DNA of 10,757 bases, taken from contig JBBSVV010000015.1 of the NCBI GenBank assembly GCA_038046625.1, forward strand, positions 1-10,757, read 5' to 3'. Below the pieces are notes generated by a model. It had not been told where the DNA came from. It did not search any database and saw only the letters and a list, made by a program, of their open reading frames with translations. The position numbers and the translations under genes were made by a program. The DNA is from an archaeon (GTDB taxonomy: Archaea > Iainarchaeota > Iainarchaeia > Iainarchaeales > Iainarchaeaceae). Below, piece after piece: positions 1 through 7,476 of the stretch (the stretch's first letter is position 1; every line of letters starts with the position of its first letter).

Positions 1-475
1 GAGTGGTCGCGGGTGAGAGTTCACATCGACCCCGCGGTTTGCGACCTCGCCGTCGGCTCTTGGTATCCTGGCAGTGCATAAGCTGCCAAGGGTGCAGGTG
101 TTAACTGATTAAAACCGAACGTTAGTTGGGTTAAGAACGGTGCGAGCCAGTTTGGTTACTATCTATTGGAGTTGCCGAGTGTCTGAGGGGAAGGAGCACT
201 GAGTACGAGAGGAACGGTGCTTCGTGGCCACTGGTTAACCAGTTGTCCGACAGGGCAAACGCTGGGTAGCTACGCCATGGCTCATAAGAGCTGAAAGCAT
301 CTAAGCTCGAAGGAGCCCCTAAAAATAGACACTCACTCCGAAAACTTCGCACGTAAAAGTGCGGAGGCTATGGACGAGGGCTCCGGCAAAAGACCGGATT
401 GATAGGTTGGGGATGTAAGTTTCAAGCTTCGGCGAGAAATTAAGTTCACCAATACTAAAAGCCCGAGAGGGCTCA
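1..475 (+). rRNA. rrl: 23S rRNA, 3' part (domain V from ~E. coli 2454 through domain VI), archaeal, 5'-truncated by window
   Basis: Colinear with LSU rRNA landmarks: ACCTCGnnGTCGGCTC (44-59), CCAAGGGT (86-93), GGGTTnAGAACG (128-139), sarcin-ricin loop AGTACGAGAGGAAC (202-215), GCTGAAAGCATCTAAG, GATAGG, TACTAA near the end. The G2547.A2561 A-loop base is archaeal-like. 3' end approximate. Confidence 0.97.
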
Positions 476-498
476 TAAACCGGGTTTCATAGCACTTT

Positions 499-573
499 TT
501 TCTTTCTCCTGCGGAGAAAGAAACCTTGTACCCAAAGGGTACGAGGCCTCGTGGAATCTTTGATTCCACAAGG
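499..573. repeat. Three abutting inverted repeats, each with a 3-nt loop
   Basis: tttctttctcc-tgc-ggagaaagaaa (499-523), ccttgtaccc-aaa-gggtacgagg (524-546), cctcgtggaatc-ttt-gattccacaagg (547-573); no spacer between them. Confidence 0.9.
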
Positions 574-577
574 AACC

Positions 578-625
578 TGCACTAAAAAGAAAGAGTGCAA
601 AAAAAGTTTGCACTAAAAAGAAAGA
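578..625 (+). repeat. 17-bp direct repeat, period 31
   Basis: tgcactaaaaagaaaga at 578-594 and 609-625. Confidence 0.9.
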
Positions 626-686
626 ACGCAGGGAACAGTGCACCGAAAAAAAGCGAAAGCCTACCTTTCGGTCCAATGCACGACAA

Positions 687-724
687 CAACCTTTTTTCTC
701 TTCGAGAAAAAACGTTGACGAAAA
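687..724 (+). repeat. Hairpin element copy 1 (CAACC-[T-rich arm]-TTC-[A-rich arm]-CGTTGRCGAAAA)
   Basis: caacc ttttttctc ttc gagaaaaaa cgttgacgaaaa; same architecture at 2000-2047. Confidence 0.8.
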
Positions 725-823
725 CTATTGTTTCTTTTTTTCTTGAGTAAACTACAGAAACAAGAAATTATTTTTTCCTTGACGTCAGGCTGGCGAAAAT
801 TTTCGGCTTTTTAGAAATATGTT

Positions 824-1342
824 TCAGCTGTTCATTATTTGTTCAAGTTCCGCCACTTCGCTCTTGATTCTGCCGAGTATTGTTTCCAGTGCATCTATTT
901 CTCTTCTTTTGCGCTTGTCAAAATCTCTTGCGGCTTCAAGCCTGGCTGCATCAACTTCCCTAGCTACTATTTGTGAAAGATTGAATATCCTGTCATGTGC
1001 CTGCCTCACCCTTTCTGTTGCGAACCTTTGAATAGCCGGGTTACTGCTGTTTTTCATCACTCTCAGTTCAGAATTATTGAATTCTATGCCGCGCCCTGCC
1101 AACTCGGTTATTTCAGCCATTTGAACCTGTCCCTTTGCCAGCCTTGCATCGAAATGTTTCTTGGAGGCGCCGCCGAGGAATTTTCCATGCACAGCCCTTT
1201 TTGTCACGAGTTCCTCCATTTTTTGAAGGCGGGTTAATTGGTTCTCCTGCCTGAGTTGTGTAAACGGGCTTTGCGGCTTTCCCTTTGGCGGCGTTTTACT
1301 ATTAGTTCTTCTATTCTGCACGTGCTTGCTGTATCTTGGCAT
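824..1342 (-). CDS. Hypothetical basic protein (172 aa) with a predicted helical/coiled-coil C-terminus
   Basis: Long ORF. The internal ATG at 1342 (MPRYSK...) is preferred over 1492 because it has an SD-like GAAGTGAG and an AT-rich promoter upstream, and the longer start would overlap the opposite ORF. No family recognised. Confidence 0.75.
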   Translation of the reverse strand: MPRYSKHVQNRRTNSKTPPKGKPQSPFTQLRQENQLTRLQKMEELVTKRAVHGKFLGGASKKHFDARLAKGQVQMAEITELAGRGIEFNNSELRVMKNSSNPAIQRFATERVRQAHDRIFNLSQIVAREVDAARLEAARDFDKRKRREIDALETILGRIKSEVAELEQIMNS

Positions 1343-1363
1343 AAACTCACTTCTTAACTCTTC

Positions 1364-1403
1364 AAAACATTTATATTGCTGGGGGTTATTATATTTTTGG
1401 TGA
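1364..1403. promoter_or_regulatory. Overlapping divergent archaeal promoters plus SD
   Basis: + strand AAAACATTTATATT (1364-1377) and SD GGTGA (1399-1403) before TTG 1408. - strand AAAAATATAATAA (1398-1386) upstream of ATG 1342. Confidence 0.5.
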
Positions 1404-1407
1404 TAAG

Positions 1408-1590
1408 TTGAAACCACAAGCACTAAGACGAATAAACAGAGGAAGAGCCCCTCCCGGATCAATTCCCGGATGGAGAAAGGGAACATCAGCAACTGGCTTT
1501 AAAGTAGCTGCTCAATCTTCACGCACAACTCCCGGGCTTGCAAGGGCGCAGGCTAGGGCCAGGGCTAGAAGAGCCCAAAAAGGCCAATAG
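1408..1590 (+). CDS. Small very basic Arg/Ala-rich hypothetical protein (60 aa)
   Basis: TTG start 4 nt after GGTGA, TATA box at a suitable distance, fills the gap up to the rnpB promoter. 11 R + 4 K, no D/E. Confidence 0.6.
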   Translation: MKPQALRRINRGRAPPGSIPGWRKGTSATGFKVAAQSSRTTPGLARAQARARARRAQKGQ

Positions 1591-1604
1591 TTAACTTTTT
1601 AACC
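1591..1604 (+). promoter_or_regulatory. TATA box of RNase P RNA gene
   Basis: TTTTTAA at 1596-1602, about 25 nt before the P1 5' end at 1625. Confidence 0.6.
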
Positions 1605-1624
1605 TAATTTTCCGCAATATATAC

Positions 1625-2000
1625 GAGTAGCAGGTGATCGGCCATCGGTTCTCCGTGAACTGAGGAAAGTCCGCCCACCCGCAATAACACATACGCGGAG
1701 ACGCGGTCCAAAAGAACAGAAACGTAACAGTTTCGGCTGTTAGGTGCGACAACCCATGCTTCGCATGAGTTTTGCTCCGCAGTTGACTGATGAAACGCGC
1801 TTTTGGTTGGGTGCAACCCTCTCTGAGGGGCTAAGTCGAATGCCGGTGAGCGCCGTTCCTTCACAGGAACAAAACCCCTTGCTTTAATGGGTTTCAAGGC
1901 TCGCGCATGGAAGGCCTATCGAGGCACAAGCCGAAGATAGGGCGCCCTTCCGCCGCGGGCTTGCGGCGCGGAACAGAAGGCGGCTTACACCCTGCTGCTC
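1625..2000 (+). ncRNA. rnpB: Archaeal RNase P RNA
   Basis: P1 gagtagcagg (1625-1634)/cctgctgctc (1991-2000); CR-I GAGGAAAGTCCGCC from 1662; CR-V AACAGAAGGCGGCTTA (1972-1987) forming P4; ACAGAAA and TGAAAC S-domain motifs; P5 caccc/gggtg; P2 atcggc/gccggt. Confidence 0.96.
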
Positions 2001-2145
2001 AACCTTTTTCTTTCTTTTTTCAAAAGAAAGAAAAACGTTGGCGAAAAAGAAAGAAAAAGAAAAGCTGAACCAAAAGAAAAGAGCAAGAAAAAAGTTGAGC
2101 CAAAAGAAAAGAGCAAAAACTTTGGCGAAAAAGAAAGAAAAAAAG
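2000..2145 (+). repeat. Hairpin element copy 2 followed by A-B-B-A purine-rich repeats; T-tract may also terminate rnpB
   Basis: Perfect 14-bp stem 2005-2018/2022-2035 with TTC loop. ttggcgaaaaagaaagaaaaa at 2038-2058 and 2122-2142. 27-nt unit at 2060-2086 and 2090-2116 (2 mismatches). Confidence 0.88.
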
Positions 2146-2167
2146 CCACTGCCGATTCTCTAAGCCC

Positions 2168-2174
2168 TTTTAAA
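2168..2174 (+). promoter_or_regulatory. TATA box of alaS (probably leaderless mRNA)
   Basis: TTTTAAA ending 23 nt before ATG 2197; no SD. Confidence 0.6.
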
Positions 2175-2196
2175 CCCTTTATCCCTAATTTTTTCC

Positions 2197-4728
2197 ATGA
2201 AGGCGGACAAGGAAGTCAAGAAGGAGTTCAAGCTCAAGGCCTCGAAAGAGCCTGAGAAGAACTACCCTGTTGCCGCTTTGAAGAAGTACGGCTTTACTCG
2301 CCATCAGTGCTCGAAATGCCAGAAGTTTTTCTGGTCACAGGATTCTTCGTGGAAAGTCTGTGGTGATTCATCATGTTCCGGTGGCTACTCTTTCATCGGC
2401 AATCCGCCTTCCAAAAAAGGCTATGATTATTTGGGCACGTGGGAGGCGTTCCGTGATTATTTCAAAAAGAAAGGTTATTTCGAGTACAAGCGCTATCCTG
2501 TTGTTGCGCGCTGGAGGCCGGATGTTTATTGGGTTGGCGCTTCGGTATATCCTTTCCAGCCTTACGTTGTGAAAGGAGAAATAAAGCCGAAGAGCAACGC
2601 AGTGATAATTCCACAGCTTTCATTGCGCTTCAATGACATTGACAATGTCGGCATTACTGGTTCACATTACGTTTGCTTCGACATGCTGGGCCAGCTTCAT
2701 TTCGAGAAGAAGCAGGATTACGACCAGAACCTTTACTGGGATGAATACTTCAATTGGATTGTGAAGGGAATGGGGATTCCTGAAAAGGAAATTGTTGTGC
2801 ATGAGGATGCGTGGGCCGGCGGGGGAACGTTCGGGCCGTGCATGGAGTTTTTTTGCCGCGGAATGGAAATAGGGAACCAGGTTTACATGCAGTACGAGCA
2901 AACGGATTCTGGTTACAAAGAATTGGACATAAAAGTCCTTGACATGGGGCAAGGGCATGAAAGGGTTCCGTGGTTAACCACGGGAAAAAGCAATTCCTAC
3001 GAAACGACTTTTCCCAGCGTCGCGAAAAAGCTTTATTCCATCACGGGTTTCAAGCCTGATGAGAAACTGATGCAGAAGTTTTTGCCTCACTCTGCTTTGT
3101 TGAATGTGGACGAGGTTGAGGATATTGAAAAGGTTTGGCAGCAAATCGCAAAGAAACTATGCCTTGATGTCAAGGAACTCAAGGAAAAAATCCTTCCTCT
3201 TGCCGCGATTTACAGTGTCGGCGAGCATTCCCGCGCCGCGCTCGTTGCTTTGAATGATAATGCTTTGCCTTCGAATGTGGGTGGCGGGTACAATTTGCGA
3301 ATTATACTGAGGCGCGCTTTGGGTTTCATTGATGATTACGGCTGGAAAATTGACCTCGCTGATTTGGCTGAGGAGCATGCAAAGTTTTTGAAGCCGATGT
3401 ATCCTGAGCTTTCCGAGAAGCTTGATAATGTTGCAGTGATTTTGGAAAATGAGAAGAAAAAGTTTTTCGAGAACAAGGTGCGCTCGAGGCAGATTATTTC
3501 AACCGCGCTCGCCAAGAAAAGCACTGTTTCGGTTGATGACTTGGTTGAGATGTATGATTCGCATGGGATAAGGCCGGAGCAGTTCAGGAGCGAGGCAAAG
3601 GAAAAAGGGGTTAAGGTCGAGGTTCCTGATGATTTTTACGCGCGCGTTGCGGAGAGGCACGAGAAATCAGAGCATGCGGTTGCCACAAAGAAGGAAATGA
3701 AATTCGATTTGAAGGGCGTTCCTGAAACAAAAATAATGTATTATTTCGACTGGAAGCTGCTTGAGTTCGAGGCGAAAGTGGTTTGGAGCAAAGATACCTT
3801 CGTCGCGCTCGAGCAAACTGCATTCTATCCTACTTCTGGAGGGCAATTGCATGATATTGGGGCAATGAACAATGAAAAAGTTGTTGATGTGTTTAAGCAG
3901 GATTACGTGATTCTGCACAAACTTGAAAAAAATCCTTTTAAAGTGGGCGATAAAGTGAAGGGCAAAATCGATTTGGAAAGGAGAAAGCAACTGATGCAGC
4001 ACCACAGCTCCGCGCACCTCGTTAATTTATGTGCTTCGGAAGTTCTCGGCCCGCATGTCTGGCAGGCGGGCGCAGCGAAAACCCTTGAAAAGGGAAGGCT
4101 GGACATCACTCACTTTGATTCTCTCACGGAAAAGGAATTGAAGCAGATTGAGGATTGCTGCAACGAGAAAATAAAAAAGAATCTCAAGGTTGAAAAGGAA
4201 ATCCTTCCGCGCGAGCAGGCTGAGGACAAGTACGGAATGCATATCTATCAGGGCGGTTTTGTTCCGGGAAAAAACCTGCGCATCGTGAAAATCGGCGCTG
4301 ATGTCGAGGCCTGCGGCGGAACCCACGCGAACACCCTTGGCGAGCTCGGGGAATTGAAAATTATAGGTTCCACGAAGGTTCAGGATGGGGTTGTGAGGAT
4401 TAATTATACCGCGGGAAAGGCTGCGAAGCATGAGAAGGGGAATGTTGACGGGCTGATGAAAGAGGTTTCTGAAATTCTCGGCGTGAAGCCTAATCAAGTG
4501 CCCGACCGTGCCGAGGAATTGTTCTCGAAGTGGAAAATGGCGCGCAAAATGATTGCCAGGGGAAAGAGGGACGAAAGCCTTGAGCTTGTTTCAAAGGAAA
4601 CTGCGAGCGGCTCGAACGAGGAATTATTGAAAATGGCCGGCCAGACTTTCTCCACGCAGCCCGAGCACCTGCCCCGCACATTGAAAAGGTTTTTGAAGGA
4701 GCTTGAAGAACTGAAGAAAAGGCTTTGA
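2197..4728 (+). CDS. alaS: Alanyl-tRNA synthetase, archaeal type (843 aa)
   Basis: N-terminal CxxC...CGDxx[61 protein letters not shown], editing motifs HSSAH and CGGTH. Confidence 0.97.
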   Translation: MKADKEVKKEFKLKASKEPEKNYPVAALKKYGFTRHQCSKCQKFFWSQDSSWKVCGDSSCSGGYSFIGNPPSKKGYDYLGTWEAFRDYFKKKGYFEYKRYPVVARWRPDVYWVGASVYPFQPYVVKGEIKPKSNAVIIPQLSLRFNDIDNVGITGSHYVCFDMLGQLHFEKKQDYDQNLYWDEYFNWIVKGMGIPEKEIVVHEDAWAGGGTFGPCMEFFCRGMEIGNQVYMQYEQTDSGYKELDIKVLDMGQGHERVPWLTTGKSNSYETTFPSVAKKLYSITGFKPDEKLMQKFLPHSALLNVDEVEDIEKVWQQIAKKLCLDVKELKEKILPLAAIYSVGEHSRAALVALNDNALPSNVGGGYNLRIILRRALGFIDDYGWKIDLADLAEEHAKFLKPMYPELSEKLDNVAVILENEKKKFFENKVRSRQIISTALAKKSTVSVDDLVEMYDSHGIRPEQFRSEAKEKGVKVEVPDDFYARVAERHEKSEHAVATKKEMKFDLKGVPETKIMYYFDWKLLEFEAKVVWSKDTFVALEQTAFYPTSGGQLHDIGAMNNEKVVDVFKQDYVILHKLEKNPFKVGDKVKGKIDLERRKQLMQHHSSAHLVNLCASEVLGPHVWQAGAAKTLEKGRLDITHFDSLTEKELKQIEDCCNEKIKKNLKVEKEILPREQAEDKYGMHIYQGGFVPGKNLRIVKIGADVEACGGTHANTLGELGELKIIGSTKVQDGVVRINYTAGKAAKHEKGNVDGLMKEVSEILGVKPNQVPDRAEELFSKWKMARKMIARGKRDESLELVSKETASGSNEELLKMAGQTFSTQPEHLPRTLKRFLKELEELKKRL

Positions 4729-4739
4729 ACCAAGGCCAA

Positions 4740-4755
4740 AAAAACCATTTAAATT
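4740..4755 (+). promoter_or_regulatory. BRE/TATA of leuS (probably leaderless or very short leader)
   Basis: A-run followed by TTTAAAT (4748-4754), ending 24 nt before ATG 4778. Confidence 0.55.
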
Positions 4756-4777
4756 GTTTTATAGGGTGTTATTTGTC

Positions 4778-7468
4778 ATGCCTGCGAATTTGAACCAGAT
4801 TGCCAAGAAGTGGCAGAAGAAGTGGGATTTAACCAGGGCTTTCCGCGCAAAGGAAACCAAGGGCGGAAAGAAGTACTACGTCCTCGAAATGTTTCCCTAT
4901 CCATCCGGAAAGCTGCACATGGGCCACGTGAGGAATTACTCCATCGGCGACACCCTTGCGCGCTTCATGAGGATGCGCGGCTTTAATGTCCTTTACCCGA
5001 TAGGCTTTGACGCGTTCGGCCTGCCCGCGGAAAACGCCGCAATAGAAAACAAGGCGGATCCGCGCGAATGGACTTTGCAGCGCATAAAGGACATGACGCT
5101 GCAATTGAAGGAGCTTGGCTTCAGCTATGACTGGGAACGCACAATCGCGACGTGCTATCCGGAGTATTACAAGTGGAACCAGTGGTTTTTCCTCAAACTA
5201 TTTGAAAAAGGATTGGCTTACAAAAAAGCTGCGAAGGTAAATTGGTGCGGCAAGTGCAACACGGTTCTCGCGAACGAGCAGGTAATCAATGGAAAGTGCT
5301 GGCGCCACAAGGGCGAGGAAGTAACGGAAAAGGATTTGGAGCAGTGGTTCTTCAAAATCACTGATTATGCGGATGACCTGCTCAAAGGGCTTGAAGAGCT
5401 CGAGGGCTGGCCTGAGCGCGTGAAGACAATGCAGCGCAACTGGATTGGCAAGAGCCATGGTGCCGACATTTTTTTCAGGCTCGAGGGCTCGAACAAGGCC
5501 ATTGGGACTTACACTACGCGCTGTGACACGATTTACAGCGTGACTTTCCTCGCGATTGCGCCGGAGCATCCGATGCTTTCCGAATTGGTGAAGGGAACGG
5601 GCATGGAGGGACAGGTTCGGGAATTCATTGAGGAAACAAAGAAACAGAGCATAATCGACCGCGAGAATGAGGAGAAGGAAAAATCGGGGGTTTTTACGGG
5701 CAGGTACGCAATCAATCCTGTCAACAATGAAAAAGTGCCGATTTTTGCCGCAAACTTTGCGCTAATGTACGGTTCTGGCATAGTGATGTGCGATGCACAT
5801 GACAAGCGCGATTTCAGGTTTGCGCGGAAATATGATATTCCATTGAAGTTTGTAATAAGCGAAGACGGCAAGCCGATAAGCCCGGGTGATTGCAGTGATG
5901 CGTTCACGGATGACGGGGTTCTGTTCAATTCCGGGGAATTCAGCGGAATGAAGAACCGCGACGCGCTCCCGAAAATGGCTGATTGGCTTGAGAAGAAGGG
6001 CCTCGGCAAAAAAACAACCAATTACAAGCTGCGTGACTGGCTGATTTCCAGGCAAAGGTTCTGGGGAACCCCGATACCGATAATTTATTGTGCCGATTGC
6101 GGCTTGGTTCCTGTTCCTGAAAAGGATTTGCCTGTCGAGCTTCCAAACCCCAAGGAGGCGGATTTTGCTTTTGGCGGAAATCCTTTGCAGACCGTAAAGA
6201 AATTTGTCGAGGCCAAGTGCCCCAGGTGCGGCGCAAAAGCCAAGCGAGAAACGGACACAATGGACACTTTTGTTGATTCCTCGTGGTACTTCCTGCGGTA
6301 CACTTCCCCGAAAAGCACAAAGGCGCCCTTCGACAAGGAGAGCGTTTCTTACTGGCTGCCGGTTGACCAGTACATTGGGGGAATCGAGCATGCGATTCTG
6401 CATTTGATGTATGCACGCTTTTTCACGCGCGCTCTCAATGATTTAGGATTGGTTAAGTTCAAGGAGCCATTCACAAAGCTCTTGAGCCAGGGCATGGTTA
6501 TCAAGGACGGCGCGAAAATGTCAAAGTCTTTGGGAAACGTGGTAGAGCCCTCGGGAATAGTGAAAGAATTCGGCCCGGACACCATAAGGATTTTCATGCT
6601 CTTCACTTCGCACCCTGAAAAGGAGATTGACTGGAACGACCGAGGTGTCGAGGCTTCGCACAGGTTTCTGCAGAAAGTGCACATGCTTTTTGCCGAAAAT
6701 GCGAAAAAAGTTTCCTTCAAAAAAATTCCTTCAAGGCTCAATTTTTCCGGCCGCTTGGTTCTGGGCCTTGCGAACAAAACAATTGCGAGTGTCACGGAGC
6801 ACATAGAGAATTACAGGTTCAATTATGCGATTTCGGAAATAATGGATTTGGTTAACGCAGTCCAGAAGTACGGGTCTCCAAATCCCGAAGTTCTAGGGTT
6901 TTCCTTTTCGGTTATTGCGAGGCTGCTTGCCCCGTTCGCGCCGCATCTCGCGGAAGAATTGTGGAGCATGCTCGGCAACAAGAACCTTGTTGCTCTTGAA
7001 GAGTGGCCTGTTGCGGACAAGAAATTGATTGATGAAAAGGCGATTGCGGCTTCGCGCATGGCCGGCTCTATCCGCGAAGATGTTTTGAACATCCAGAAGC
7101 TAGCGGGCATTTCTGCGCCGAAAAAGGTTTCTGTTTTTGTTGCTCCGAAGTGGAAGTGGAAGGTGCTTTCCAAAATAGTTTCTTCCATGGACAAGCCTGA
7201 TTTCGGCGCGGCAATGAAAATTGCTTCTTCTCTTCCTGAGGCAAAGCCGTTTTCCAAGGAGCTTCCGGGGTTTGTGAAGGCTGTTGTGCAGAAGTTCCAT
7301 GAGCTGAAGGAAGTGAAGGAAATTGACGAGTTTGCTTTGCTCTCGGATTCGAAAAATTATATTTCTGGCATCATTGGCGCCGAGGTTTCCGTTATCGATG
7401 CGGAAAAATCAGCCGAGGAAAAGGCAAAGAAGGCCTTTCCTTTGAAGCCGGCTATTCTTGTTGAGTGA
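4778..7468 (+). CDS. leuS: Leucyl-tRNA synthetase (896 aa), bacterial-type core with archaeal-type C-terminal domain
   Basis: [13 protein letters not shown] (HIGH), [60 protein letters not shown]; ends [18 protein letters not shown] 4778 preferred to TTG 4754, which overlaps the TATA box. Confidence 0.97.
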   Translation: MPANLNQIAKKWQKKWDLTRAFRAKETKGGKKYYVLEMFPYPSGKLHMGHVRNYSIGDTLARFMRMRGFNVLYPIGFDAFGLPAENAAIENKADPREWTLQRIKDMTLQLKELGFSYDWERTIATCYPEYYKWNQWFFLKLFEKGLAYKKAAKVNWCGKCNTVLANEQVINGKCWRHKGEEVTEKDLEQWFFKITDYADDLLKGLEELEGWPERVKTMQRNWIGKSHGADIFFRLEGSNKAIGTYTTRCDTIYSVTFLAIAPEHPMLSELVKGTGMEGQVREFIEETKKQSIIDRENEEKEKSGVFTGRYAINPVNNEKVPIFAANFALMYGSGIVMCDAHDKRDFRFARKYDIPLKFVISEDGKPISPGDCSDAFTDDGVLFNSGEFSGMKNRDALPKMADWLEKKGLGKKTTNYKLRDWLISRQRFWGTPIPIIYCADCGLVPVPEKDLPVELPNPKEADFAFGGNPLQTVKKFVEAKCPRCGAKAKRETDTMDTFVDSSWYFLRYTSPKSTKAPFDKESVSYWLPVDQYIGGIEHAILHLMYARFFTRALNDLGLVKFKEPFTKLLSQGMVIKDGAKMSKSLGNVVEPSGIVKEFGPDTIRIFMLFTSHPEKEIDWNDRGVEASHRFLQKVHMLFAENAKKVSFKKIPSRLNFSGRLVLGLANKTIASVTEHIENYRFNYAISEIMDLVNAVQKYGSPNPEVLGFSFSVIARLLAPFAPHLAEELWSMLGNKNLVALEEWPVADKKLIDEKAIAASRMAGSIREDVLNIQKLAGISAPKKVSVFVAPKWKWKVLSKIVSSMDKPDFGAAMKIASSLPEAKPFSKELPGFVKAVVQKFHELKEVKEIDEFALLSDSKNYISGIIGAEVSVIDAEKSAEEKAKKAFPLKPAILVE

Positions 7469-7476
7469 ACTGCTTT

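Noticed and set aside
1..475. rRNA pseudogene explaining the PTC changes
   Set aside because: No indels across domain V, compensatory stem changes and an intact sarcin-ricin loop.
578..625. CRISPR mini-array
   Set aside because: Only two 17-bp copies, 14 nt apart.
131..676. Minus-strand ORFs 131-352, 333-569, 473-676
   Set aside because: Antisense to rRNA or running through repeats; no protein-like features.
638..681. tRNA- or 5S-like structure (gtgca/tgcac, accgaaa/tttcggt, gc-gaaa-gc)
   Set aside because: Too short, with no T-loop, D-loop or 5S motifs; treated as part of the structured trailer.
1343..1492. Hydrophobic N-terminal extension (apparent signal/TM) of the 222-aa ORF
   Set aside because: Crosses the promoter region and the opposite ORF; ATG 1342 has better signals.
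1604..1897. 97-aa minus-strand ORF
   Set aside because: Antisense to the RNase P RNA.
2038..2142. CRISPR array
   Set aside because: Low-complexity units, no unique spacers of regular length, no cas genes in the window.
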